Below, one piece after another: positions 24,043 to 38,643 of a stretch of DNA of 64,000 nucleotides. Location of the stretch: assembly GCF_004010195.1 (NCBI RefSeq), contig NC_057720.1, positions 74,833,220-74,897,219 of the forward strand. The letters run 5' to 3'. The translations under genes were made by a program, and so were the position numbers. How positions within the stretch are numbered: the first letter of the stretch is position 1; each line of letters starts with the position of its first letter. The notes below the pieces were generated by a model. That model was not told where the DNA came from and did no database searches. It saw only the letters and a program-made list of their open reading frames with translations. Origin of the DNA: Chiloscyllium plagiosum (Eukaryota).

Positions 24043-26264
24043 TGTTTTTTGCTTAGTTGGTTATTTTGTTGATGCAAAACTCTCTTATCTGCAAAGTAAT
24101 TCTGCTCTGGTCTCAAAGATAGCTCAGCATGATCCTATTGAGATCCAAAGGATTAAGGAAACAGTTTGTGATCTTACCAAGCTATAAACAGGAATAAAAT
24201 CATCTTGGGACTATGTACATCACTGGCTCTTTCACTTTTGATGGTTAACACCCCATCTGAGTGCAGTCACCATGCATTGTGTACTTAGTCTAAATGCAGG
24301 ATTGTATTTATCTGCAATTGTTTTGTCTCATATCTTTGATAAGCCAGCTAAGTGTCTTAAATGTAGACAAAAGCAGAGGAATTTCAGACAAACAAATGAG
24401 CTAGTGCACTGTTTATATCTGCAAAATGAGATTTCAAATCAATTTTGTTCTCCAATCAGAAAAGGCTAAATGATCCCAGTAGTTGCCATCTGCACTGCCA
24501 ATCAAAACTTGTGAAAGAAGAAATGATATAGTCAGTGTACATCATAAATCTCAAGCATTTGCCTCATTTGCAAGGTGATACATTCCATTCCTCCTGAGCT
24601 TCTCACATCTTGACTTGCTAATGTGCTTCTTCCTGAGAAGATATTGACGCACTATGAATTCATGAACAGATGAACTCATCTTTGTAATATAATGTAATAA
24701 CAGGTTATGTAGGAGTCCTCACATAAATGTAACTCATTCTACACTTCACGGATGAGCTGCTGGACACCATCAAATGGTAACAACTTTCCTCACAAATCTC
24801 TTTGTACAGAATAAAAAGTGCCAGACCTGTCAGATAAGCCACGATTGAATCACATGGCAATAAATTGACAAAATTAAATGTCTAATTTGTGACTTGTCCA
24901 AAACAAGAAGCATTTCTCTACATCTAGCCCATGGCCTCTTTCATTATCTTAACCATAATCCATTAGGCCACTTTCAGCCTTCTCGGTTCCAGAGGAGAGA
25001 GACATCAGTTGTTCTGCCTAACCTGCCAAACAGTTTTGATGTAATTCATGGAGATTTATTGCGCAGTCTGTGGATTTTTTATAAGGTAAAATCTCCAGCT
25101 GTGCACAGTACTAGATATATCTACCTCACTCTTCTGGATGCACTGGCTTCTATTTCATTAGATTTTCACTGTTTCCACACCCTTTTAATGTGGGTGCTGC
25201 TGTTCTTAGAGTTTCAATGAGCACAAATTAGTTGCTGTGTTCATAACACCCAAAATACTTGCCTGAAGATGTGAAAGGTGCTGTATAAATGTGCATCTTC
25301 TTTGCTTTCTCTTTAACTGTCGAACAAGCACTTGATGGATAATGTAATCTCTCCATTTGACAGCAGGGAGTATCAAAGCCCAAGTCCACTCTATCCTCAA
25401 GCTATAGGGACACTGGTTAAGAGTCAGGTTCACAAGTGCTAACTGATCTCTCGTCTCCCTGCCCCGGGGTAATCGAAAGGCCATCTCAGTTATGGATGGG
25501 ATCAGCCAGTTCAGCACAGGCTTTAGACCAAGCGTTAGCAACCATCTAGAATTGCATCAAAAGCCTTTTATCTTCATCTCTGACTGTGGACAGTGAATGT
25601 CAGTGGATTATTTAGCAGTGAAGGGTATCAGAGTTAAGCTCATTTCTGTTCTGGAACGTATGCACACTTGCCAGCGAGAATCACAAAATACCAACCTGAG
25701 GTGGAAATAATCCCTGATCTAGTGTTCAAATTTCAAAGTAACTGTTAGAATTTTATACAGTTTGAAGTAAATAAAAAGGGCCGACTTAATTACAAAACTA
25801 TTGAACAATTTGTGAACTCAAATGACCAAATAAACATTAACTGCAGGAGCAGAATGCAGAAGCTTACATCATATCTAGGTCACATTTGCATTACAAAAAC
25901 ACCACATTTTTGACACAGTGCTCATGGGACTACGCATGACTTGTCATTTCTATTGCTTGCACATAGTAAAACACTATAGACTGTCATCTTTCAGTGCAGG
26001 GCTGAGATCTTTAGACACTGCAACGCCACATGACCAAGCAAAAGAATTCTCCAATTAATCTTGAAATCAGGAGGAGTATGATGAAGAGCAAGGAAACATG
26101 GAAGTGTGATATCTTCCAGCGTTTGAGGCATTAGCCAGAATGATATCCCTGTTCTTCTTCAAAGTAGCCATGTTCTGTCTCTTTCATCCTCACAAACAGA
26201 TAGTTGGGAGATGGCACCACTCCCTCAAGGACTGCAACGGTACAAGGAGGCAGCTCCCAATTAA

Positions 26265-26365
26265 CTGTTCTGAAGAAGGGGCATTGCCAAAATGCTAACT
26301 GCTTTCTCTCCACATATACTGCCCAGACCTGCTGAGTTTCTTCAGTAACTTCTGCTTTCGTTTCA
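26265..26365 (+). mobile_element. Decayed Penelope-derived hammerhead element inside an old SINE
   Basis: GTT-CTGAAGA-AGGGGCATTGCC-AAAAT-GCT-AAC followed by tttctctccaca..gacctgctgagtttc. Confidence 0.6.
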
Positions 26366-29300
26366 CCACCATTTTCTTCAGGCCAAGGCGTATAAGCAAT
26401 GAGCATTGGGACAGGCAGCAACACTCACAAATCAGGAATAATTTTTTTTTTAATTGCAGCACTCCCTTGGCAATATAATGGTGCATCAGACTTAACTTTT
26501 TGCACTTGAAACTGGAACCGTGTGACTGAACCAATTAAGCTGTGGCTGAGAGAACAAAAAAAAATTCTTGACAACTTTTCTTTTCCCATTCTAGCACCTA
26601 GACCTGGAAAGCAGGCAAATCTATGTCGAATGAAACAGCAAGATGGAGGCCATTCAGCCCATCTTGCCTGTGCCTGTTCTCAAGAAATACTATCCAATTT
26701 CTCCTACTATCACACATGGAGGAAGAAAGCAATGGCTAGTTGGTCCTCTACTTGAAGTTAAATGTTTAAGTAAATGTAATGGTGACAAAGCAAGCTCCTG
26801 GTCGACGTGAAAAAATTAGAAAGAAGATAAATCCTCGCCACTCAGTGAAAGAAATATTTAGATTCACATAAATATGCCATCAATTTGAATAAAAAATAGT
26901 TTATATTGTAGCTGTTGAAACCAGGCTGTCATCTCTCTTACAAGACAGAGTGCTTCAACTGCTTGGCTTTTTTTAAGTGGAATGTATGGGGTGTTACATA
27001 ATTGTTGAATGAGTAATGATACAGAAAAGGCTTGCACCATTGTAGATACAGTAATTCGTGACTGAGTGATCTAACCTGCAAATTGCTGCTTAACCCAGAC
27101 TCGGAGAACATGGAATGAATTGTATTTAGGGAAATCCAATTGTTAACGCTCAGAAACAGAGGTGGTCTTTGTGGAAAATTACATCAAACCTGCGTGATTT
27201 GGACCATCAAGGCATTTGACTTACAGTCATCTGATTACCACTGGGTAAGTAGAAGGGCCAACATGGGCAGAAATAAAAGAGCTTTAGAAGAAGTCTATCT
27301 CAGCAATGCTAGGGGCATCATTAAAACATCAGGGCCTAAAAGTGACTAAGAGATTGTCTGTGTAGTTCATACTTCCAACGTTAAAAGGTCAGGCTTAATT
27401 GCTGAGATTATTCTAGTTAACCACCTATGTTCGCATAGAAACTGCAAGAACAACACAAACATTTGCACACTTCAAAATAAATGCTGCCGTAGTCTATAAA
27501 ACTCTCTGTGTTTTACTGGGATGAGTTTGATTGCAGATGCAGGTAACCTTGCAGAACCATCTCTTTATGAATTACGTTGTGCTGTGCATTCATGTTTAGT
27601 TAAAGTGGTCTCGCTTTCTCATTAATATCACATATCATTAAGGCAACACTATGAAAGATTATGCAAATTTTAAAATCCCAAGGGGCTTGTTAGTGTGGCA
27701 CATCTGCATTCTGGAGATCAATTCTCATGGGAAGATAAGTTTAATTAGCTCTGTACAGGAGTGTCCACAGATTGAGCTGAACATTTAGACATAAATTCAG
27801 TTTTACATGAGGCACTGCTTGTTGAATGCTCAATAAGTTCGCACTCTGGCCATGATACTATAGAGGTGATGACATTTTCGGTTTGCCAAATCCAAATACA
27901 AAGGTAGAAAATCATTCTTCATGTTATGTTTAACTGTTTGTCGATTGAAGCAGTTACAATGAGGTGATGAGTTATGTTTCTTCCAATCTTTATATTCCCT
28001 GCAAGTACTGCTTTATTAAGGTGGAAATATCAATGATACTACATAGGCATATGTTTGAATCAGACTCCTGGCCATGTGCAGCACAACATAAGAACATTGA
28101 ATAAGGTGAACATTCAAACATATCCCAAAAATCTCACCACGGTCATTCTACAAATTCTACTTGGTTTCCTCAATTTCTGAAAGGAATATTAGATCAGGAG
28201 GAGACTTTCTATGTCTGGTTCCCTTTAAACATCCAACACCAGTCCTTCTCTAACCTCAAGCATGTAGGCAGAACAAGAGAGGTTTCAGATGACCAACTGA
28301 TCTGACCTTGTTCACTCTCACTTACTGGCACAAAAAAGCTCACCACAAATTAATTGAATTCAAGGAAACTGAATATTCTGTTACCTTTAGTGCCTAAATG
28401 TGAGAAATGTATTTATGTACATTTTTAAATTAAATAACATAAATTGATAACTCATGTCAGAAACAAAGAAGACGTGTTCCGATTGTGAGCATTTATGCTG
28501 CTAGAGAAGACATGTATTTGAAACTTGGTAGTATGTGTTACAAGATCATCACAGTGGGATGACAATCATCTGGGAAACTAACTTACACTCGTCATCAAAC
28601 ATAATCAACAGAAATGTAACTCTTATTTAGAAAACTACATTGTTGTTGCTCAAAGTTATGACAATTTATGCTGCTGATAGGAATTGAGTTTAGTTCTGTG
28701 ATACCATCCTGGGTTGGTTGGTCTGACCTCCTGTGTGGCCTTGGCTGGAGTTGTACACTAGCGACCAACTCTTGGGCCATCTGGACCCTGAAGGATCTTG
28801 ACAGATCACCAATCGTCCAGGTATTACACTTGGAGAACCACTGTCCTACAGGATCGTACAAACGGGTCCAGGCTCTGGCCAGAATAGTTAATCTCCTATT
28901 GAACCCAGAGCAAGGGTAGAGAGTGATCCTATTTCCTTCCATTTGTGCAGAATCAATAAGCAATAATGGTCTCGTTATTTGGCTGTTGGTGCACAGAAGA
29001 ATAAGTCAACACAAAAGGAGTGACTAAAAAAAGTACAGTGGGCCTAAATGTCTTTGAACAACGTTGTGCATCAGGCTTCTTGCCTTGCTGCTGAGTTACA
29101 CAACACACGATAAATTCATTTGTTTTGGTGGCATTAGCTGCTTTACGTTTTCAACAACAGTCACTGTGTCTAAGACCCTACTTGAAACATGTTTGCTTTT
29201 AACTCTTTGTCAGGGGAGCAATGTTGTATAAGGACACCATTTTGGTGACACACCTTCCAACAATGAATAACTGTGCTGAGCAGTTCATGTGTGCAGATTT

Positions 29301-29699
29301 TGTGATTAGAAACATTAAAAAGCACATGCACTTATTGAAATACTTGGTGTTTTTCATTTCCATAATGAGATCATTCCAAGGATTTAATCAACAGCGTCTC
29401 TAAAAATATAACCGCTTCAAGCAGCAACAGACCAACATTTGTGCAGATCAAAGCCTGGCTGGTCTTTCCAAATAATATTGCTGTTCACTCCAGATGTAGT
29501 GCCCTATTTTAGATAACATTAATTGTTTTCCCTGATGGAGTTGAGGAAACAAGCCATTCTGATTCATTGTATATTCCCAGCACAGTCCATCATGAAGGGA
29601 CATGATTTTCAGTGAAAATCCATCCGCCAATTTCAGTAAGTGTATTCAGTGAGTGCTTGTAAACTCTGCACTTTGGAAATCAGGCCAGTGGTGCATACA

Positions 29700-30500
29700 C
29701 ACACAACATGGTCCTGAACTGATCCTTTATAGCGCATTCTTCCAAATCTGCCAAGCAAACCACTGTTTCACCTGGAAGGAGTATTTGGTGCCAATTTGGA
29801 TAGCGAGAAGGGAATTGGTTCAAGGAGCAGTCTTTAACCTTCTGCATTTTGGAACCAGGGGATCACAGACAGAAAAGTGCTTTTGAAAAGTTGGATGCAA
29901 ATATATTCTTGGTGTTGGCTTCAAGTTAGAGAGAGTGGAAATGGTGGGGACTCATCCATTGAATACAGGGGTTGGTGAGCAGACGGTGAGGGCAAGGGGA
30001 ACACTATCATGGTTCAGGGACAGAGGATGGGGGTAAAGATAGAGCTGCTGAAAATGAAACAGACAAATTAAAATGAATTAAGGAGCCTTATCAACCACAG
30101 TGCAGGTTGACGTTGAGAAGTGTTAATGCTAAGGAAAAGGGAAACTATCAAATGTGCTAGCATAGAAGGTAATGTCACCAGAACAAATGTAACGGAGATT
30201 GGGAAACTTGCAGAGTGGAATGGGATGTGAGGAAGTGCTATCAAGGTATTTGTGAGTGAATATTGGTTGAGAGCTTATTGCCTTTAATGGAGACAGAAAG
30301 GGAAGAGTCAGAGATGGATTATGCCAAAGTGAAGGAAGGGGGGAAATTGAAAGCAAAATTGATTATATTTTACAGTTCAGCATAACAACAGAAAACAATG
30401 TTAGCATGCAGAAAATATTAGTGAGCAAGGGGTCCCAAGTAAGACTGGAACAGGGTATCTCCAAATAACCTACCACAAGGCACATTTCTGGGACACATGG
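29700..30500 (-). mobile_element. Very decayed Penelope-like RT C-terminus/linker
   Basis: ORF 30129..30356 THKYLDSTSSHP..LRYICS resembles the PLE motif HSYLDYTSSHP..RLRRICS. 29760-29850 resembles 47090-47190. Confidence 0.55.
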
Positions 30501-32564
30501 CTACCCACAGCAAGATCTTTTGTTGTGTATGTTTTATCAGATTCTCCTTAAATGTCAATAACACTAACTGCTGAATACAATTCCCGGAGCTAACTCAGCA
30601 CAGCACCGTTGCAATGCTCAACTGTGTTGCCTTGTAATACTGGACTAAAACAGTCTCTTTCCTGAAGTCCATTGACTGCTCATTTTTCAATCGCCCTCCA
30701 ATTTTACTCCAGTCCTTTCAGGTAAAATACCTAATTTCTATTTTTCATTAATTCATTTGATGTGGGTGTTTCTGGCTGGGTCAGTCTTTGTTGCCCTCTC
30801 TGACTGCCCAGAGGGCAGTTAAGGGTCAACCAGATTGCTGTGTGGCTGGAGTCACATGTCGGTCAGACTGAGTGAGGAGGGCAGATACCTTTCTCTTACT
30901 GACCCAGTCTAGGTTTTACAACAATCAACACTGTTTACATGGCCAGCATTAGACTGGCGTTTAATTCCAGATGTTTATTGAATTCAAATTTCACCACCTG
31001 CCATCTGCTGATCATGGACGCCTGCAGTGTCCTCAGAGACGCAAGGCAAGAGGCCATTCTTCCAAACTGAGCTAAACAATTGAATGAGAAAGATCATCAT
31101 ATCCATTTCTCCACTAGCTACATCCATTGAAAGAAAGCTGCTGCATTAATATAGCACTTATATCCCAACATCATGCCATTCCAAAAAAACTTTGCCATCA
31201 ATGAAGTAATTTTTGAAAGATAGTCACTGTTGTCAAATAATGTTTTCCAGAAATGAGTTACTGCATGGCAAGTAGAAGTGGCAACACTGTTAGATATTTA
31301 CATATCCTAACACTTGAATAATTAGGTCAATTGCTGTGCCTACTGAAGCTGACAAAACCAACACTGACCACAAATTGTTTTTTTTAAATTTTTCACTGTA
31401 AAACGCAACAGGCAATGACTTTACCAGCTAAGTCATAGGGGAAGGAAAGAAGGAAGATTTACAGTGATTGTTCTTGAATATTGTTTGTTAGACATGGTCT
31501 GTAGGCAGATATGATGTTTCGATTAATACCATGCATAGTGTCATCAGCATTCACAAAGCCACTGGAACAACGTGTCATCATGATCCATTAAAATGTCTTT
31601 GATCATGCTACTTTAAGCTATCATTTCAGTTGTGACAAAAGATGAGGCCCCAGCAAGTGTCAACATCTCTCCTTGAGTATGACTGCAGTTTTATGGAGCT
31701 ATTCACTAAGTATACTTTCCATTTAAGTGCAGAAGAGAAGAGCTGGAAAGATGCATCACCTTGACATTGGGTGAGATACAAGTGAAAGGTTCACCCATGC
31801 CCTTTGCGTGTAGGCAGTTTGATGAGACTTTTACAATTAAATTATACATTTCTAATGCAATGTGGCCAGTTAGCTCAGATGGCTAGTTTAGAATGCAGTG
31901 ATGCCAACAGCTTGAACCAGCTGTGGTTACCGCAAAAGACTCTCCTTCTCAACCCACCAGTCAAGACCCTCTGACTTAACTCGTGTGCTGCCTTGACCTG
32001 AAAGATTGAGGGAAGTGTGTCGGGAGTTGTGCTGAAATTGTTTGGGGTCACAAGTCTGTCACGGTTGAGTAGCTGGCAGTGTGAGCGAGTGGCAAGATGT
32101 GGGTATGAGGATTCAGCAGTGCCACTTGTGTGAGGGCAAGGTGAAGCATATTAAGTACTGAATTATTTATTGAGATCATTGATAGACGAGTGTTGTGGCT
32201 GAGGTCAATTGAGCAGTAGTATTTACTGACCTTGATCACTCATGTGAGGTCACTGAGCCACAACATGGCACCTAGATCCTTGCAGTTTGGACCTTAGCAT
32301 CTCTGTCACAGCCATTGGGTCCTACAACCAGACCCCAGTTCCCTAAGTTATTACAGTAACAGAGAGGATACCCAAATTTGTTCAGCTACCAGTTGAGGAA
32401 GAGGGATGAATTTGCTCCCCTTCTTTATTCACCCACCCCTTCAGGCGGTTACAATAAAGTTAAGTTACCAAGGAATTTCTCCCTGTTGATGCCTTTCTCC
32501 CTACCCGACTAACTTCTGTTTTAAAAGTAGCCAATTTCAACTTGGCTTTCTCAGGTTATAAAGT

Positions 32565-33025
32565 CATACAGCACAGAAATAGACCCTTTGGTTCAACTCA
32601 TCTGTGCCGACCAAGTTTCCCAAATTAAATTAACCCCATTTGCTCACATTTGACCCATAGATCTCGAAAACGTTCCTATTTATGTCCCTGTCCAAATGCA
32701 TTTTAGTCATGTAACCGTACCGACATCACTTCCTCTGGCAGTTCATTCCACAAAAGCACATATGCACCAACCCCTGTGTGAAGATGTTGCCCCTCAGTTC
32801 CCCTCTCACCTTAAACCTTGCCATCTAGTTTTGAATTCCCCTAGTCAAAGGAAAAGACCTTGGCCAATCACTTATCTATACCCCATAAGATTTTATAAAC
32901 CTCCTATGCTCCAGAAAAAAAAGGCTCAGCCTATCCAGCCTCTCCCTGTAACTCAACCCTTACAGCTCCAGTAACATCCTTGTAAATATTTTTGTGCTCT
33001 TTCCAATTCAATAATATCCTTCCTG
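32565..33025 (-). mobile_element. CR1/HER1 LINE 3' fragment
   Basis: Reverse complement resembles 15150-15590. Confidence 0.75.
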
Positions 33026-34169
33026 AACAAAGAAAACGAGTTATGTAGTGGCTAAAAATTTGAAAAAACAATGATGCAACACATTAATACACCGACTAAA
33101 AGTGAGAAATGAATCTGAAAAATGATAGAAGTTAAATGATATAAGAAAAGTCTCTTTGGAATTTTTATGAAGTGTAGTTTAGTGGAATCTTAATAGCTGG
33201 GAAGTTGATTTCAGGATTCTTGGCTTGCTAGGTTTGTTGTAATTGTTTTGTCCTGATTTCCTTTGATGGTGATTTACTGACGGCACTCAGAATTAGAGAA
33301 CCTTTCCATTATCCTGTTCTCATTTGACTGGCTTGTTGGCTGACTTATAGCTCTCAGTCTTCTACCTGCATGACAGGAATGACTAGGAGGCAGTTCTTCA
33401 TTTGTGACCTTCAAAGCACAATAATTCACGAACCCAGGCTATTACACATGAGGTCCTTAGACCACTGGTACACGCAAGCATCTCAGCTCACTAGCACATC
33501 TAGTGATTTTTAAAGACAGTTCTTATGTACTCTTTAAACAGGAAGATACAAAACATATCTCTGCAGTCTTCTCTCTCATCATGTTGACAATATGAGACAC
33601 CTCCCAGGAGATTACAGATCAACTTGTAATGCATTTATCCCCTTTTTAAGTTCACCCCTTTGAAGCTTTCTCATTGGGTGTGACATTCCAAGGTCTCTCT
33701 CTCTCTCCAGTTCTGCCACTGAAATTACATTCATAGCTACTTTGATTGTATTTGTCCTCTTTTAAAAACACATGGTGGAATTAAAGTTTGATATATCCAA
33801 GGTGATGCAGGGTCATGGTGTTCTGAATGTGCATCCTGCCCTATTGCTTCTTCCATTCTTCACCTCCTGGACCATAGTCTCCAGTGCAGCTTCGGAAACT
33901 ATCGAATTGTACTCTTTTCCATTTTGTGCCAATTCTGTGTGTTTCTGAGACCAGAATTAGCTGTAGAGTCACTTCCAGTCATAATCTATCCTGCATTTAG
34001 GAAGCAGTCTATGTAATCAGCCATAATCTACAAAGGATCATAGGCATTACTCTCCAGTCGAGAGATACAGTGATTATTTAGTTTGAGAGGTGGCATTCTG
34101 CATGAAGAGTGGAGTAAAGTAAGAAAGCAGACCGCTTACCATAGCTAGTACAGGATTGAATCTGTGCTG

Positions 34170-37100
34170 TTCGTGAGCAGCCAGAAGTTGTGGTCCATGT
34201 TGGTACGAATAACATAGGCAGAAAGAGAGATGAGGTCCTGCAAAGAGAATATAAGGGGTTGAATAGAAAGTTGAAAACCAGGACCTCTAGGAATTACTCC
34301 TTGTGCCATGTGCCAGTGAGATCAGAAAGAGAAAGATAATACAATTGAATGTGTAGCTAAAGAGCTGCTGTAGGAGAAACGGCTTCAGATATCTGGATCA
34401 TTTGGGATCTCTTCCAGGGCAGAGGAACCTGTAAAAGAAGGATGGGTTGCACCTAAACTGGAGGGGCAGGAATATCATTACAGGGAGGTTTGCCAGTGTC
34501 TCTTGGGAATGTTTAAACTAGTGTGGCTGGATGGGAAGGTGCAAACCAGAACAATAGATCAACATGTAAAGTGATTGAGGAGAAGGTAGAGGTTAAGGCT
34601 GGTAAGTCTCATTGGAAGAATAGACAGGATTAGGTTAATGAATACATTGGGACTGGAGGTACGGAATATATTTATTTTGATGCAAGGAATATAACAGATA
34701 AAGCAGATGCATTTAGAATCTGGATTAGTACAGGGACTACGATATGGTAGCCATTACAGAAACCTAGTTGAGAGAAGGGCTGGACTGGCAGCTCAATGTT
34801 CTAGGGTTTTGATGTTTGAGGTGTGATAGAGAGAGATGTAAGAGGGAGGGCGAGGTTGAATGACTAATTAAGGAGACTGTCACAGCTACTCTAAGAGAGG
34901 ACACCTTGGAGGGCTCATCCAGCAATGCAACAAGGGTCAAACTCAGGAATAAGGAAGGTGCAGTCACTACTCTGAGGTTATGCTATACGCCTTCCAATAA
35001 CCTGTAGGAATTCGAGGAACAGATATGTAAGCAGATCAGCGAAAGATGTAAAAACAGTAGGGTTGATTTCAATTTCCCCAATTTTCACTGGCACTCTCTT
35101 AGACCCAGCAACTTAGAAGGAGCAGAATTTGTTAGATATATCCAGTAAGGATTCTGGAAACAATATGCAGATAGACCAACAAGGATCAGAGCTGTATTAA
35201 ACTTTGTGTCGGGAATGAGCCTGGCCAGGTGATCAAAGTTTCAGTGGGGGAAGATTTGGGAACAGTCATCATAGTTCTATACATTTCAATATAGTTATGG
35301 AAAATGATCAAGACCTCAAGTGAAAATGGTAAGTTGGGGGGAAGGCTAATTGCAACAGTATTGGACAGGAATTGAAAAAATTGGATTGAGGGCAGCTGTT
35401 TGAAAGGATGTCCTTTAAAAGCCAGTTGACCAGAGTTCCGGACCAGCATATTCCCGTGAGGTTGAAAGATAAGGATGGCAAGGTTCAGGAACCTTGGATG
35501 ACGAGAGTTGGTGTAAGATTAGTTAAAAAGGAAAAGGAAGCATATGTAAGGTTTAAGAAAGAGAAATCAAACAAGGCCCTTTAGGAGTATAAAGGAAGCA
35601 GAAAATAACTTGAAAAAGAAATTAGGAGGGCCAGAAAGGGCCAGGAAATTGTCTTGGCAAATAGGATTAAAGAGACTCCCAAGGCATTTTATAGTATATT
35701 AGGAGCAAAGAAGGCAGCTTGGGAAAGGGAAGGCCCATTCAAGGCCAGAGGATAGAATTTACACGTGGAGCTAGAGGAAGTAGGTGAAGTCCTTAATGAG
35801 TACTTCGCATCAGTATTCATCAAGGAGAAGGACATGGATGATGGTAAGATTAGGGAGGGGTATGTTGATGTTCAAAGACATGTCAATATTAAGAAGGAGG
35901 AGGTGTTGAGTGACTTGAAAACATTAAGGTAGATAAGTTCCCAGGACCTGATGGGATCTATCCTAAGATATTGAAGGAAGCAAGAGAGGAGATTCCTGGG
36001 GCCTTGAGAGAGATATTTGTGTTCTCTTTAGCCACAGATGAGGTCCTAGAAGACTGGAGTAGCCAATGTTGCTCCTCTGTTTATTAAGGGCAACAGGGAT
36101 AATCAAGGAAATTAGGTATAAATCTGTGAGCCATACTTCAGTGTAGAGAAATTATTGCAGAAGGTTTTGGGGGCAGGATTTACTCACATTTGAAAAAGAA
36201 TGGACTTTTTAGGGCTGCCCTGCTATGAGGTTTTTGAAGAAGTGTCGAAGATGATTTGTGAGGGTGGGGCAGTAGACATTGTCTCCATGGACGTTACTAA
36301 AGCATTTGGCAAAGTCCTTCATGGTAGGCTAGTCCAGAAGATGAAGTCACCTGGGGTCCATGGTGAATTGGTAAGATGGATATAGCATTGGCTTGGTTAT
36401 AGAAGATAGAGTGTAGTTGTGGAGGAATGATTTACTGACTGAGGTCTGTGACCAGTGATGCTCTACAAGGAACTGAGACCTCTGTTATTTGTTATACTTA
36501 AAAATGATTTGAATCAAAATGTAGGTGATCAAATTCGTAAGTTGTCAGATGCATGAAAATTGACGGAGTTGCAGATAATGAGGGAGGTTGTCAAGGAATA
36601 CAGCATGATATAGATCAATCGGAAATTTGATGGAGAAATGGCAAAGGGAACTTAATGTTGACAAGTGTGAGGTGATGCATTTTGGGAGGTCAAATGCGAG
36701 AGAAACGTACACAGTAAATGGCAAGGCATGTAGGAGGTACAGAGGGATCTTGGGGTGCGAGTCCAGAGCTCCCTGAAAGTGGTAACACAGGTGGACACGG
36801 TGGTAAAGAAGGCATACCGCATGCTTGCCTCCAATTGGCATCTTGGAGACTTGTGGAAAAGGTGCAAAACAGGTTTACCAGAATGTTGCCTGGATTGGAG
36901 TGTATTAGCTATAAGGAGAGGTTACACAAACTTTGATTATTTTTTACTAGAGTATTGGAGGCTGAGTGGGGACCTGATACAAGTATCTAAATTATGAGAG
37001 GCATGGGTAGGGTAGATAGTCAGAGTCTTTTTCCCAGGGTGAAAATGTCAAATACTTAGGGGAGTAGGTTTAAGGCAAAAGAGGGAAAGTTAAAAGGAGA

Positions 37101-37355
37101 CACGCAAGGCACATTTTTTACACACAGAGTGACAGGTTCCTGAGCTGGTGATAGAAGCAGATACAATAGCTTCTGTTACATTTAAGAGGCATTTAGGCAG
37201 ACACATGAACAAGCAGGGAATAGAGAGATACTGATCATGTGCAGGCAGATGGGACTAGTTCAGAATAGCATCGTAGTTGCCACAGACATGGTGGGCTGAA
37301 ATGCCTGTGTCTGTGCTGTACTGTTCGATGTTCTATGTTCTATAATCTATGTTCT
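34170..37355 (+). mobile_element. Long decayed CR1 LINE (ORF1 esterase C-terminus, APE and RT ORF2 with stops and deletions, 3' tail)
   Basis: EQPEVVVHVGTNNIG and DGLHLNW (ORF1). YDMVAITET (APE). AVDIVSMDVTKAFGKVLHGRL (RT). Tail gttctatgttctat. Confidence 0.9.
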
Positions 37356-38554
37356 AAAAGACATCAGAATATCACCTCCTCCCTGCCCCCCCGCCACCCC
37401 AACCTCCAATTAGAATGCAGCCACTTTATGGTCCACAACCATATAGTGTCATCCAGCAAAGGGTTCTCCATAGTTTATGTGAAATAAGTTGTCCCGAATA
37501 GAAAACACTCTTACATGACTATCTAGTCTGTGACATTAATGTGGAATAGCAGTTTTAACATTAATGCTTTCTTCGGCATAGCAAATCTCTTGTGTTGTTC
37601 AATTGTAATAAACCCTGCACGGCCCATTTCTTGCTATCTTCTAAGTCCCCAAGAGGCCAATAGCATTTGCAGCTAATCACAAAATGCTTGTGACTGATGC
37701 CCGAGTGTTAGCTTCAAGCCATTTTCCATCAAATCTTTTATGTGTTCGTTATGAATCTCTCTCTTTTTGCAGTTGAGCTTTGAGTCTGGGCTATATTTAG
37801 CCATGTTTTTATCTCAGTGTTTTAGCCTTGAGGGAACAGTGATGTGATGGTTGACTTTTGCTTAATTAAGAATCTTCTCTCAGTTAGTGATCAACTCTCA
37901 GCATTGCTGCAAATCTGTTCTGCACAGCACTGCTGTCTACCTTACATTTTGCTGATGACATTCCTTAGTAAAGCAGCATTATCTTTATCTGATATAAATC
38001 CCAGCAAAGGGCACAATGGCTTCGGAACAACAAAATATATTTTATTCTGCAGCAGGACACAGAATGTTCTTGCTTTGAATACCATAAGAAGCTAAACTAT
38101 CTATTTTGGCTAGTGTATGAGATACTGCTAACCTCTTGCAGTCCGGGGAGGAAAAACACAAATTATTCGGCATTCAAATGCAATGCAATTCATCCTGAAA
38201 ACACTGATGAAAACAAATTGTTCCTATCCTAACTTCTGTCTATATAGCTGACAAGATCCAATCATTTTCAATAACAATAAAGCCACAGGATAAATAAAAG
38301 ATCATGCGCCGTGGTAGGATAAGCTGCACACCGATCCCAGCAACTGAAAACAAAAATACACACAGCAGTTGGAACGGGTAATGTGGGGATAACAAACATT
38401 GTTGCGTTCCAGACAACACAGTGCCTTCCTCTCGTCAGTTGACATTCCTGTCGAGCGGAAAGCGCTTCAGAAAAAAGACTGCACTTGAAACCGTAGGCCG
38501 ACGGGTGAGTTGGTGAGAGAGAAATCACACATCCTGCTTCTCCTATCTCCACAG

Positions 38555-38643
38555 CTCAGCTTGTCGCAGCTTCATACAGACAGCTTGCCCGACTGCAGAG
38601 TTTGCAGAGAGAAGCCCATCGAGAAAAGGAGCAGCGCGAAACA
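38555..38643 (+). CDS. rgs8: RGS8-like gene, putative coding exon 2 (LSLSQLHTDSLPDCRVCREKPIEKRSSAK/Q)
   Basis: Pyrimidine tract plus ccacag acceptor, 89 nt open, CA|GTGAGT donor. Phase 0 in and phase 2 out bridges exon 1 to the exon at 48564. Confidence 0.7.

Noticed and set aside
38505-38554. GTGAGT..CAG as a 50-nt intron
   Set aside because: Shorter than normal vertebrate introns, and no open ATG-initiated frame was found upstream. Kept only as a possible alternative-exon donor.
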